In this document: positions 1 through 9,469 of the stretch, in pieces
Layout of the letters: every line of letters starts with the position of its first letter
Numbering within the stretch: the first letter of the stretch is position 1
Origin: Planctomycetota bacterium
GTDB taxonomy: Bacteria; Planctomycetota; UBA1135; UBA2386
DNA: 64,000 nucleotides
Direction: 5' to 3'
NCBI GenBank assembly: GCA_046290465.1
Contig: JBKAGP010000001.1
Coordinates: forward strand, 2,432,001-2,496,000
Notes under the pieces: generated by a model
Database searches by the model: none
Told to the model about the DNA's origin: nothing
The model's input: only the letters and a program-made list of their open reading frames with translations
Made by a program: the position numbers and the translations under genes

Positions 1-14
1 AGAAGGCCGAGGAG

Positions 15-1256
15 GTGCCCGACCTCCAGCTCGAGAAGGTCGTCACGGTCCCCGAGCTCGACACCAAGATCCTCGCGGCAACCAAGGACGCGACCCGCAG
101 CGACCGCCTGCAGGTCGAGAAGGAGCCGCTCGCGCACCTGCTCGCCGAGGCGATCGACGTCGGCCCGAGCGTCGCCGCCGCACTCGACGTGCCGGCCACG
201 ATGGTGCCGGTCGCCGACATCCGCGCACGGCTCGACGACTGGCGCTACCGCTGGCTCTGGTACGAGGGCAAGCTGCTGCAGCTGCTCGGCCCGCGCGCCG
301 GCCACCCGATCGACGGCTACTCGATCTACGAGGCGACGGTGCAGCTGGCCGACGGCGAGACCGTGATCAGCTCGTTCTCGATCCCGGCTCGGGACGGCGT
401 CCAGGTCGGGGATTGGGTTCGCGTCGAGGGCTACCTGTTCAAGCTGCGCGACGTCACCTACCCGGAAAAGCACGACAACGTGCCGATGCTGGTCGGGCGC
501 ACGATCGAGCGCGACTACGAGGACTGGCCGGCCGTGACCGAACTCGACCCGGCGATGCTCGAAGGGCTCGCCGACGACACGCTGTGGCCCGGCGACCTCG
601 CGATGCGCGACGTCGAGGACGACCAGACGCCGGCGCTCTGGCATCTCGGCGCGTTCGTGCGCGACACCGCCGACCAGTGGAACCTGAAGAAGTGGCGCCA
701 GGTCGAGCCGCTCTCGGTCGCCGACCCGTACGATCGCCTGGTCGCCGGCGAGATCGAACGCGGCGAACCGATGCGGGTGTTCGGCACGTTGATCCGACGA
801 CGCACCATCGCGGCGCCGGCCAACCCCGCCAACATCCGCTACTGGACGTCCGCCTGGGTGCAGGTCAGCGGCTTCGGCGGCCACCTCGTGCCGATCTGGG
901 TGCCTGGCCGCGTCGGCGAACTGCCGATGCGCGCGCAGCTCGAGGTCAAGGGCTTCTACTACCGCTGGTACGTCTACGACAGCCAGCAGGGCAAGCGCTA
1001 CCGCGTGCCGCTGTTCCTCGCCGCCGACCTCGACCAGTTCGAGCTGAAGACCGGCGAGACCATGAAGACCATCGGCATCTGGCTGAGCGGCGTCGCGCTG
1101 CTGCTGGTGATCGGCCTGCTGTGGAGCCAGCGCCGCGCCCACCAGGCCGCGCTCGCCCACAGCCGCGACATGGACGCCCGCCGCCGCAAGCGCCGGCTGG
1201 CGGCGGCCAGCGAGCCGATGGCCGCGACCGTCGACGACGAAGCCACCGGTCGCTGA
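15..1256 (+). CDS. Hypothetical membrane-anchored protein (possibly 5'-truncated by the window edge)
   Basis: Long ORF with host-like GC3 codon bias, two similar OB-fold-like segments (V.V.GY.FK.., L.VKGFYYR), and one C-terminal TM helix followed by a basic tail. Confidence 0.7.
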   Translation: MPDLQLEKVVTVPELDTKILAATKDATRSDRLQVEKEPLAHLLAEAIDVGPSVAAALDVPATMVPVADIRARLDDWRYRWLWYEGKLLQLLGPRAGHPIDGYSIYEATVQLADGETVISSFSIPARDGVQVGDWVRVEGYLFKLRDVTYPEKHDNVPMLVGRTIERDYEDWPAVTELDPAMLEGLADDTLWPGDLAMRDVEDDQTPALWHLGAFVRDTADQWNLKKWRQVEPLSVADPYDRLVAGEIERGEPMRVFGTLIRRRTIAAPANPANIRYWTSAWVQVSGFGGHLVPIWVPGRVGELPMRAQLEVKGFYYRWYVYDSQQGKRYRVPLFLAADLDQFELKTGETMKTIGIWLSGVALLLVIGLLWSQRRAHQAALAHSRDMDARRRKRRLAAASEPMAATVDDEATGR

Positions 1257-1349
1257 GCGGCCCGGTTTCGCGAAGACCGGTCTCGAGAGGACCGGCCCCG
1301 CGGCGGCGACGCCCCCGTCAGGCGCTCTACCGTCTGGCGCTCTGCCGCC

Positions 1350-3107
1350 TCAGGCCGTTCGTTCGCGCACCGCGAGCGCGGTGAAGAAGCCGGGGAAGTA
1401 GCGGCCGTGCTCGAGCAGCGCGCGACGCGAGCGTCGTTCGTAGTCGTGCTCGAGCGCGAACAGCGCGTCCTCGTCGTCGCACGGCCCGAACCGGTTGATG
1501 CTGGTGCTGCGCAGCCGCAGGCCGGCCTTGGCGAACCAGCCACAGACCTCACGCAGCGTGTGGCACGACTCGTGCGGGTGCAGCACCTGGTCGCGGAACC
1601 ACGACCGCGCCAGCACCTCGTCGCCCCCGCGCACGCCGTCGAGCGCCCGGTACTGCGCGAACGCCGCATTCTCGCCCTGCTCGGCGACGAGCGCGGCGAA
1701 GTGTTCGAGGAACGGCCGCCGGCCCGGCTCGTGGTAGAGGCCGACGTAGATCGCGCCGCCCGGCGCCACCAGCTGCTGCACGTGCGCGAACGCCGCGCCG
1801 GCGTCCTCGGTGTGGTGCAGCACGCCGACGCTGACGACCAGGTCGCACGGCTCCGCGGCGAACGCGTGCAGGTCCGACTCGACGAACTGCACGCGGTGCT
1901 CGACACCGAGCGCACGCGCGACCAGCGCGGCGCGCTCGAGCGCCTTCGGCGTGAAGTCGACCGCGGTCACGTCGACGCCGTAGTGGTGCGCCACCGTGCA
2001 CGCCAACCAACCGGCGCCGCAGCCGAGTTCGACCATGTGCCCCACGGCCGCATCCCGCAGGTGCGCGTGCAGATCCGGATGGCTCGCGGCGAGGTCGTGC
2101 TCGCGGATCGACCGCGCCGCCGACGCCACCGAGCCGTGCAGGTTGAACGGCATCACGTCGTAGAACGACCGCACGCTGCGGCCGACGGCCCCGGCGCCGC
2201 GGCGCTCGCCGACCACGGCACGGAGCCGGTCGTCGGCCCCGGCCGCCACGATGCGCTGCCAGACCGAGTCGGCGATGCGCTCATGCACGCCTTCACCGAA
2301 GTGCACGCCATCGGCACCTCGCTCGGTGCGCGCGTGCCGTTCGCCGTGGGTCTGCAGGAAGTCACGGTCGAGCAGCGCGAGCAGCGGTTCGAGCGCGTGA
2401 CCGCGCCGTGCGCCGACGTCGGGCAGCTGCTCGGGCCGGCAGGTCGCGAACGCCGGCACGCCGCGGCGCAGCAGGTGCTCCTGCATCCACAGCAGCGCGC
2501 GCAGGCTGGCGAGCAGGTCGTGCTGTGGGTCGCTGAACTGCAAGTAGTGATGTCCCCCCGCGAAGACGCGCCGCGGCCAGTCGTCGCCGCGCCGCGCCGC
2601 CATGCGCTCGACCTCCGCCGGCGCCTCGTCGTGATCGAACCACGGCCCGACATGGTACCACTGCCCGTCGCACAGCCCCTCGGTGCGGCGATGCTCGGCC
2701 ACGTTGACCAGCACCAGGTCCGGGCGCACCGCCTCGCACTGGCACAGCAGCTGGCGCGCGATCGCTTCGTTGCCGATGCCGCAGTCGGCGATGTTCAGCA
2801 GCGCGACGTCGCCCGCGCCGAGGCCGAGCTGCCGCCGCAGCCGTTCGACCACGCGCACCGGCCAGGCGTGCTGCCACGCGACCCCGAGGCCGAACGCGTC
2901 GCTCTCCCCCGCCACCAGCACCCGCAGCGGCGCATCCGGATCGAACGACGGTCCGCGGAAGCCGAGTTCGTGGAACGCGTAGCAGATCTCGTCGGTGTGA
3001 TCCGGCCCGTAGCCACGCTGCTGGTGGCAGCGGCCGAGCTGCCGCATGCGGCGTTCGTCCGGGCCTTCGTACGGCCGCGGCCCGGCGACCCTCCGGTCGT
3101 CCGGCAT
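1350..3107 (-). CDS. SGNH/GDSL hydrolase-like domain fused to class I SAM-dependent methyltransferase
   Basis: N-half has GFRG..VLVAGES-AFG-GV and DGVHF (SGNH blocks I and V). C-half has VELGCGAG, VDFT and SVGVLHHT methyltransferase motifs. Confidence 0.8.
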   Translation of the reverse strand: MPDDRRVAGPRPYEGPDERRMRQLGRCHQQRGYGPDHTDEICYAFHELGFRGPSFDPDAPLRVLVAGESDAFGLGVAWQHAWPVRVVERLRRQLGLGAGDVALLNIADCGIGNEAIARQLLCQCEAVRPDLVLVNVAEHRRTEGLCDGQWYHVGPWFDHDEAPAEVERMAARRGDDWPRRVFAGGHHYLQFSDPQHDLLASLRALLWMQEHLLRRGVPAFATCRPEQLPDVGARRGHALEPLLALLDRDFLQTHGERHARTERGADGVHFGEGVHERIADSVWQRIVAAGADDRLRAVVGERRGAGAVGRSVRSFYDVMPFNLHGSVASAARSIREHDLAASHPDLHAHLRDAAVGHMVELGCGAGWLACTVAHHYGVDVTAVDFTPKALERAALVARALGVEHRVQFVESDLHAFAAEPCDLVVSVGVLHHTEDAGAAFAHVQQLVAPGGAIYVGLYHEPGRRPFLEHFAALVAEQGENAAFAQYRALDGVRGGDEVLARSWFRDQVLHPHESCHTLREVCGWFAKAGLRLRSTSINRFGPCDDEDALFALEHDYERRSRRALLEHGRYFPGFFTALAVRERTA

Positions 3108-3206
3108 CTAGAACAGCGGGTAGATGTTCGGGCTCTCGGCCTTGCGGCGGCGGAACGGGCGCAGGCACGCGCCCAGCAGCGAACGGATGCGACGAAGCAA
3201 CTTCAT
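3108..3206 (-). CDS. 32-aa small protein MKLLRRIRSLLGACLRPFRRRKAESPNIYPLF
   Basis: Start overlaps the Rieske gene stop (ATGA); its TAG directly abuts the next ATG; it fills the intergenic gap exactly; C-terminal PxIYxLF motif. Confidence 0.65.
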   Translation of the reverse strand: MKLLRRIRSLLGACLRPFRRRKAESPNIYPLF

Positions 3207-4588
3207 GGGACTGGCGACGAGGGTGGTTCGGGCTTGCCGGGCGGGGGCGCGCCGGTCAGCCGACGATGCAGTGCGGCAAGCGCCGTGCCACCGAGGGCAC
3301 AAACGACCGCGGCGGCGGCGGCCGCGACGCGCCACCAGCCGTCGAGCAGCGCCGCTGCCGCCAGCAGCGCGACGATCGCGACCGGAGTCCAGCCGTGCAT
3401 CACGGCCGCCACCGCGACCGCACGCCGACACGACGCGCAGTGCCGCGCGTGCAGGTGCCAACGGTCGATCGGCCCGTCCGGAGCCGCCGCGCCGACGGCG
3501 TCGCCGCGCGTGCGCAGGCCGAGGTGATCCGGACGCTCGGCGTCGTGTTCGTCGATCCAGCTCCGGTAGGCGACCACCAGCGCATCGCTGCTCTTGAGCG
3601 GCAGCCACGCGTGGCCGAGCGTCTCGCGGCCGCGCGCGAGGTTGTCGCTCTGGCCGACGACCACCGCCATGTCCTGTTCGAGCAGGTGGCACTGGTGGCC
3701 GTGCTCCCAGAAGCGCGGCCGCAGCCGGTCGCGCAGCGTCCAGAAGTTGCTGTAGGCGCGGTAGAGCAGACGACAGCGGCCGCGGTCGAGCGGCAGCGAG
3801 TAGAGCAGCAGGCCGGCGACGCGGGGCGCGCCGCCGCCGCGTTCGTAGACCGACTGATAGTGCACCAGCCCCGGCGCCTCGAACGTCACCTCGGCCGCCC
3901 GGAGCGCGCCGGAATCCAGCCGACCGTCGGCGGACCGACCGATGTGCGCCGAGAAACCGTCGGTGTCCCGACGGTCGAACGCGAACGCGAGCGGGCCGGC
4001 CAGCGCCGCGTGCCCCCCACCGCGCACGCCGTCGTGTGCGATGTGGATGTGGGCATAGTCGAGCACGTTCTCGATCAGGAACTCCTGCGCGTAGGGCAGG
4101 TCCATCGCGAAGTCGATCGTGCGGCAGCCGTCGCGCTCGAGCGCGTCGCAGACCGGAATCGTCGCCGGATCGACGCCGGCATCGTCCCCGCCGTGCAGCC
4201 AGACGATGCCCTGCCGCACGGCCGTCGCTGCGGCGCGCGCACAGGCCGCCGCAGGGATCGCCTGGCCGGCTTCGAGCTGCGGGATGTGCCGGCAGGTTCC
4301 GTCGCCGTCGAAGCGCCAACCGTGGTACAGGCACTCGAGCCGGCCGTCGCGCACGCGGCCGTCGGACAGCCTGGCGGCCCGGTGCGGGCAGCGATCGCGC
4401 AGCGCGCGCAGCTGGCCCTCGCCGTCGCGGAACAGCGCGTAGGCCTCCCCCCACACCTCGACGCGCACCGGCCGGTCGGCCGGCACGTCCTGCGCGAACG
4501 CCACCGGGAACCAGTGGTCGCGCCACGATGGCACGGTCGCGTCGACGCCCGTAACGGGCGCCGTCGATGCGGGAATGCGAGACGTCAT
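3203..4588 (-). CDS. Rieske non-heme iron oxygenase, pheophorbide a oxygenase (PaO/Tic55)-like
   Basis: Rieske C-P-H-R...C-L-Y-H, mononuclear Fe site ENVLDYAHIHIAH, PaO-type DRWHLHARHCASC motif, two C-terminal TM helices. Confidence 0.85.
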   Translation of the reverse strand: MTSRIPASTAPVTGVDATVPSWRDHWFPVAFAQDVPADRPVRVEVWGEAYALFRDGEGQLRALRDRCPHRAARLSDGRVRDGRLECLYHGWRFDGDGTCRHIPQLEAGQAIPAAACARAAATAVRQGIVWLHGGDDAGVDPATIPVCDALERDGCRTIDFAMDLPYAQEFLIENVLDYAHIHIAHDGVRGGGHAALAGPLAFAFDRRDTDGFSAHIGRSADGRLDSGALRAAEVTFEAPGLVHYQSVYERGGGAPRVAGLLLYSLPLDRGRCRLLYRAYSNFWTLRDRLRPRFWEHGHQCHLLEQDMAVVVGQSDNLARGRETLGHAWLPLKSSDALVVAYRSWIDEHDAERPDHLGLRTRGDAVGAAAPDGPIDRWHLHARHCASCRRAVAVAAVMHGWTPVAIVALLAAAALLDGWWRVAAAAAAVVCALGGTALAALHRRLTGAPPPGKPEPPSSPVP

Positions 4589-4787
4589 GGGCAGGCCGGG
4601 CCTTCCTCCAGCTCGGATTGTGTCCGGACCCAGCAGGTCGTCAAGGCACCCCGAGGGCCCAGTCGCCACGAGCCACGTCGGCTCCGGGCCCCGCCCCCCC
4701 CCCACATCCGCTGGCGGATGCTGCTAGCATGCACCGACACAGGCATCCGCGGATGCCGCGCACCGGACTCGTGAAGGAGGAGCCACC

Positions 4788-6236
4788 ATGCAGAGATCGC
4801 TGACCCGTTGTCTCGCCGCCCTGTCGCTCTGCGGCGCAGTGTCGGCCCAGAACGCCGTCGTCGTGCCGCTGTCGCAGGGACCCGACGCGGCCCGCCGCGC
4901 CACCTCGCTCGCGGTCGTCGGCGGCGACGCACTGGTCGGCGGCCAGCTGGTCGGTCCGACCTTCGACGCCGCCCTGTGGCGCATCGATGCGACCACCCAG
5001 GCGATCGCGACGCAGGGCTTCCCGGTGCCCGGCGGCGCGTCGGTGATGGCGGTCTCGTCGGACGGCACCCGCGTCGGCATCACCGACACGCTGAGCTTCA
5101 GTTCGTGGGCCGATCCCGCCAACCCGACGCTGCAGCCGATCGGCGTCGCCGCGCTGACCGCGATCGAACGGATCGGACCCGAGACGCGCGCCACCGGCTT
5201 CACCCACGTCGGCTTCACGACGCCGAAGTTCTATTCGAGCATGGGCCTGTTCGGCGGCTGGCAGACCCTGGCCGGTAACCAGGGCAACTTCCGCCAACCC
5301 CGTGCGATCAGCGCGTCGGGCAGCCGCGTGCTGGCGGGCGACCTCTACTGGAACTACGGCGGCAGCGGCTACGGCGTCGGCATCGACGTGCCGGGCAACG
5401 ACGACGCCGAGCACCTGTCGCCGGACGGCCGCGAGTGGGTCGGCTTCGGCAGCCGGCCGTTCCCGTTCCCGAACTTCGGCGGCGTGAACTACACGTGCAT
5501 CTGGAGCGAGGACCACGGCCTGCGCCGGACGTTCCTGCGCATGCCGGACGCCAGCTTGGCGGTGGCGCTCGGCCAACGCATCACCGACGACCGGACCGTC
5601 GGCGGCAGGCTGACGCTGCCGGGTGGGATCGAGGCCGGCATGATCTGGCACCCGAGCATGGGCAGCCTCTACCCGCAGCGCTTCGACGACTTCGTCGCGA
5701 GCCACGGCGGCCCGGCGATCGCGCCGGTCTCGTCGCTGCTGGGCATGGTCGACGACGGCACCCACCTGCACTTCCTGTTCGAGGACGCGAGCGCGCAAGA
5801 CCCCGAATACCACTACGTGCGCACGCCGAACTTCTCGACGCCGGCGAGCCCGTTCTCGGTCTACGGCACCGGCCGGGGCGACGAGCCGTTCTTGCCGCCG
5901 CACCTCTACGGCGAGGTCGACACCGGCACCGGCGGCCCCGGCGACACGGTGACGTTCCACGCTGCCGAGATCGAGTCGCCGAACCTGCCGTTCGGCGTGA
6001 TCGCGTTCGCCACGGCGGCCGTCGGGACCCCGGCGCTGCTGGTCGACCCGCAGGCGCTGATCACGACCGAGCTGGTCACGCTGACGCAGCCGCAGAGCCT
6101 CGCTCAGGACCACGGCAGCTACCAGTGGACGATTCCGGCCGGCACCAGCGGGCTGTCGCTGTTCGCGCAATACGTCGGCTTCGGCACCACCAGCGAGCTG
6201 GTGTTCAGCAACGGCCTGCGGCTCGACATCCAGTAG
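4788..6236 (+). CDS. Secreted hypothetical protein with conserved C-terminal domain (..FAQY....SNGLRLDIQ)
   Basis: Strong RBS AAGGAGG upstream, signal peptide ending in VSAQ, beta-rich body. Confidence 0.8.
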   Translation: MQRSLTRCLAALSLCGAVSAQNAVVVPLSQGPDAARRATSLAVVGGDALVGGQLVGPTFDAALWRIDATTQAIATQGFPVPGGASVMAVSSDGTRVGITDTLSFSSWADPANPTLQPIGVAALTAIERIGPETRATGFTHVGFTTPKFYSSMGLFGGWQTLAGNQGNFRQPRAISASGSRVLAGDLYWNYGGSGYGVGIDVPGNDDAEHLSPDGREWVGFGSRPFPFPNFGGVNYTCIWSEDHGLRRTFLRMPDASLAVALGQRITDDRTVGGRLTLPGGIEAGMIWHPSMGSLYPQRFDDFVASHGGPAIAPVSSLLGMVDDGTHLHFLFEDASAQDPEYHYVRTPNFSTPASPFSVYGTGRGDEPFLPPHLYGEVDTGTGGPGDTVTFHAAEIESPNLPFGVIAFATAAVGTPALLVDPQALITTELVTLTQPQSLAQDHGSYQWTIPAGTSGLSLFAQYVGFGTTSELVFSNGLRLDIQ

Positions 6237-6325
6237 CGATCCGTTGGCGCGGGCGCGCGGTTGACGACCCCGAACGTCCCCGCGATGCTGCGCGCGGCCG
6301 ACCGCCCGGCCGCAAGCGCTTCCCC

Positions 6326-7495
6326 GTGAACACGATCAAGAACCTCGACGGCGTCCGCGGCATCGCGATCCTGCTCGTCGTGTTCTTCCACCTGCCCAAG
6401 CAGGCGGGCTGGGGCGGCGCAACGAGCCTGACGACGCTGCCGTTCGGCTGGATGGGCGTGCAGCTGTTCTTCGTGCTGTCGGGCTTCCTGATCACCCGGA
6501 TCCTGGTCGGCACCAAGGACCACGGCTTCGGCAGCTACCTGAAGCGCTTCTACGTGCGGCGGGTGCTGCGCATCTTCCCGCTCTACTACGGCTTCCTGCT
6601 CGCGCTCGGCCTGATCTGGGCGGTGACCTCGCTGCCTCCGCAGCTCGAACGGTACTGGCCGTACCTGGCGACGTTCACGTGGAACTGGACGCGCGCCGAC
6701 GTGACCTGGGAGGAGAGCACCTGGTTCGTGCACCTGTGGTCGCTGTCGGTCGAGGAGCAGTTCTACCTGGTGTGGCCGTTCGTCGTGTTCCTGCTGCCGC
6801 GCCGCGGCATCGTGCTCGCGTCGCTGGTCGCCGTGCTCGCGTGCCCGTTCGTGCGCATGGCGTTCGCCGACCACTACGCCGCCCGCGGCCTGCCGCCGTT
6901 CACCGTCTACGACGCGACCTACTGGAACACGCTCGGCCAACTCGACGCCTTCGCGTGGGGTGCACTGCTGTCGCTGGCGCCCTCCGACCTGCTGCAGCGC
7001 ATCCCGTCGGGCCTCACGCTGCTCGGCGGCGCTGCGCTGTTCGTGGCCGGTGGCATCGGCATGCAGCTGTTCGCCGTCGACGTGCCGGCGCCACTGGTCG
7101 ACATGCATCGCGAGGTCGCGCTCGCGACGGCCGGCTACTGGTGGCCGCTCGGTCTGCCGATCCCGCTGGTCGAGACCGCCAGCACGCGGCACGTCTGGGG
7201 CTACACGGTCATCAACGTGTTCTTCGCGACGATCATCCTGTTCGCGATCACGCGCCGCGCCACCTGGCTGCTCGCCAACCGGCCGCTGGTCGACGTCGGC
7301 AAGGTCAGCTACGGCATGTACGTGCTGCACCTGCCGGTGCTGGTGATGGTGACGCACTACGGCGCCGGCCACCTCGACATCCACTCGTGGCTCGGCGCAG
7401 GCGTCTACGTCGCGACGCTCTACCTGCTCAGCAAGCTGGTGTTCGCGTTCTGGGAGCGGCCGTTCCTGCGCCTCAAGGATCGCTTCGCCCCGTAG
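6326..7495 (+). CDS. Acyltransferase_3 (OafA-like) membrane O-acyltransferase
   Basis: LDGVRGIAILLVVFFH, GVQLFFVLSGFLIT, RRVLRIFP, HLWSLSVEEQFY, SYGMY.LH; GTG start. Confidence 0.92.
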   Translation: MNTIKNLDGVRGIAILLVVFFHLPKQAGWGGATSLTTLPFGWMGVQLFFVLSGFLITRILVGTKDHGFGSYLKRFYVRRVLRIFPLYYGFLLALGLIWAVTSLPPQLERYWPYLATFTWNWTRADVTWEESTWFVHLWSLSVEEQFYLVWPFVVFLLPRRGIVLASLVAVLACPFVRMAFADHYAARGLPPFTVYDATYWNTLGQLDAFAWGALLSLAPSDLLQRIPSGLTLLGGAALFVAGGIGMQLFAVDVPAPLVDMHREVALATAGYWWPLGLPIPLVETASTRHVWGYTVINVFFATIILFAITRRATWLLANRPLVDVGKVSYGMYVLHLPVLVMVTHYGAGHLDIHSWLGAGVYVATLYLLSKLVFAFWERPFLRLKDRFAP

Positions 7496-7566
7496 CGATC
7501 TGCAACGGCACTGCGATCTGCAACGGCACGGCGATCCACGACGGCGCTACGATCAACGACGGCGCA
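7495..7566. repeat. Four degenerate tandem 18-bp units between convergent genes
   Basis: GCGATCTGCAACGGCACT / GCGATCTGCAACGGCACG / GCGATCCACGACGGCGCT / ACGATCAACGACGGCGCA. Confidence 0.8.
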
Positions 7567-8191
7567 CCGTCGCGGCACCGATCGCGGCGAACGCGCAGCC
7601 GAGCAGCACCGTGAACGCCATCCAGAAGCACAGCTGCGCCTTGGTCAGCATCCAGATGCGCGCGTCGGCGTCCATGCCGGCGAGCTCTTCCGGGACCTTG
7701 CCGTAGTGCGTCTGCCAGCCGTTCTGGATGTCGAGGTACTGGATCAGCATCACCGGCACGCGCGCCAGCATCCAGTAGGCCACCATCGCGACGAACGCGC
7801 GCGGCCAGACGAACAGCGCCAGCAGCGACAGCACCGGCGCACCGAGCATCACGTAGCCCATCGCCTCGACCAGCTGCTCGCCTTCGAAGTAGTTGTTGAC
7901 CGAAACGATCGACGCCATCAGCACCGAGAAGCCGAACATCGGCACGAAGAAGCCGGCGACGAACTTCGGCGCGCCGCCCCCCTGGGCGAGCCGGCGCCCG
8001 AACAGCAGGCCGGCCACCGGCACCAGCCATACGATGCCGAACGGGTTCATCGGGCTGCCCGCGTCGGTCGAGAACCAGGTCGGGTTCCACCCCTGCAGTT
8101 CGCCGACGAGGCGCACGACGGTGACGACCAGCGTCAACACGCCGAACACGAGCAGCATCGGCAGCACCCTCGGGCGATAGTCGTCGGCCAT
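7553..8191 (-). CDS. Hypothetical multi-pass membrane protein
   Basis: About 6 hydrophobic helices, host codon bias. Confidence 0.75.
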   Translation of the reverse strand: MADDYRPRVLPMLLVFGVLTLVVTVVRLVGELQGWNPTWFSTDAGSPMNPFGIVWLVPVAGLLFGRRLAQGGGAPKFVAGFFVPMFGFSVLMASIVSVNNYFEGEQLVEAMGYVMLGAPVLSLLALFVWPRAFVAMVAYWMLARVPVMLIQYLDIQNGWQTHYGKVPEELAGMDADARIWMLTKAQLCFWMAFTVLLGCAFAAIGAATVRRR

Positions 8192-8343
8192 GCGCGCATC
8201 GTGCCGTGGCGCCGTCGCCATACAACCTTAGGTCGCCTCAGGGCCGCTGGGATCCGATCCGACCGTGTCTCGCGGAGGCAATTCGAACGGCAGGACGGAA
8301 CCTCGGTGCGCTGGGCGGACGTCGGCTCTGTTGGAGGTTTCCA

Positions 8344-8697
8344 ATGGCAAACCGGTTCGAAGTCGTGCTCGAGCACGACGACACGTTCCTCTTCCAGCTG
8401 CGCACCAAGGACGGCGACGTCGTGCTGCGCGGTCTGGGCAGCCCGAGCAAGATCATGACGCAGAACGAGATCTTGCACCTACGCAACTCGCTGCGCGACG
8501 ACGCACGGCGGGTCCCGCACGAGAGTGCGGACGGCGAGCACTTCCTCGTGATCAAGGATCGCGACGGATCGGTCCTCGCCAAGAGCCCGAGGGTCGCCTC
8601 GAAGGAGGCCCTCGAGGGGCTCGAACAACGCATCCTCGACGCCTGCGGCGCGCCGATCGTCGACCTGACGAAGCGCAGCCGTTCGGCGGCCGGATGA
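8344..8697 (+). CDS. YegP/DUF1508-like protein
   Basis: GGAGG RBS; two DUF1508-like halves (FEV....FLFQLRTKDG; HFLVIKDRDGSVLAKS) and terminal IVDLT. Confidence 0.7.
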   Translation: MANRFEVVLEHDDTFLFQLRTKDGDVVLRGLGSPSKIMTQNEILHLRNSLRDDARRVPHESADGEHFLVIKDRDGSVLAKSPRVASKEALEGLEQRILDACGAPIVDLTKRSRSAAG

Positions 8698-8713
8698 CGC
8701 GACCGACGGTCGA

Positions 8714-9469
8714 TCAGCGGCGCAGCGCCGACAGGGCTCGACCGAGCCCGTCGGCCATGCGCACCCCGTGCCAGCAGAAGTCCCGCCCGTCACACAGCAC
8801 GATCGGGACGTCTTCGAACACCCGCGCCGCGGCGAGCTCGTCGCGCTGCGCCTCGTCGAACGCCCACGGCTCGCTCGCGAGCAACACGCGTTCGACGCCG
8901 CGTGACAACGCGTCGCGCGGATCCATCGCCGGATAGCGATCGTGCGCATCGGCGGCGACGCTGTGCGCTCCGCACAGCTTGAGCACGTCGTGCACGAACG
9001 TGTCCGCGCCGATCGTCATCCACGGCTTGCGCCAGATCGCGTAGTAGACGCGCAGCGGCCGCCGATCCAACGCGTCGACCTCGGCCGCCGCGATCCGCGC
9101 CTCGATCCGCAGCAAGAACGGCTCGGCCGCGTCGAGCCGATCGAGACGCGTCGCCAGCACGCGCAGGTCGTTGGCCGCTTCGACCACCGAACGCGGCGTC
9201 TGCACCAGCGTCGGCACGCGCGCCGCCAGCTGCTCGAGGTCCTCGGCGCGGTTCTCCTCGGCGTTGCCGAGCACCAGGTCCGGCTCCAGCGCCAGGATCG
9301 CCGGCAGGTCCGGGTTCTTGGTGCCGCCGATGCGCGGCACGTGTGCGAGGTGGGCCGCCGGCTCGGTGCAGTACCGCGTGCAGCCGACCAGCCGGTCGGT
9401 CGCACCGAGTTCGCAGACCGACTCGGTGGTGCTGGGGACCAGGCTGACGATCCGCTGCGGCGCGCTCAT
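8714..9469 (-). CDS. BtuF-like helical-backbone cobalamin/metal receptor (no evident signal peptide)
   Basis: RIVSLVPSTTE..LG...LVG.T.YC..P, IGGTKNPD, PDLV..N.EEN. Confidence 0.85.
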   Translation of the reverse strand: MSAPQRIVSLVPSTTESVCELGATDRLVGCTRYCTEPAAHLAHVPRIGGTKNPDLPAILALEPDLVLGNAEENRAEDLEQLAARVPTLVQTPRSVVEAANDLRVLATRLDRLDAAEPFLLRIEARIAAAEVDALDRRPLRVYYAIWRKPWMTIGADTFVHDVLKLCGAHSVAADAHDRYPAMDPRDALSRGVERVLLASEPWAFDEAQRDELAAARVFEDVPIVLCDGRDFCWHGVRMADGLGRALSALRR

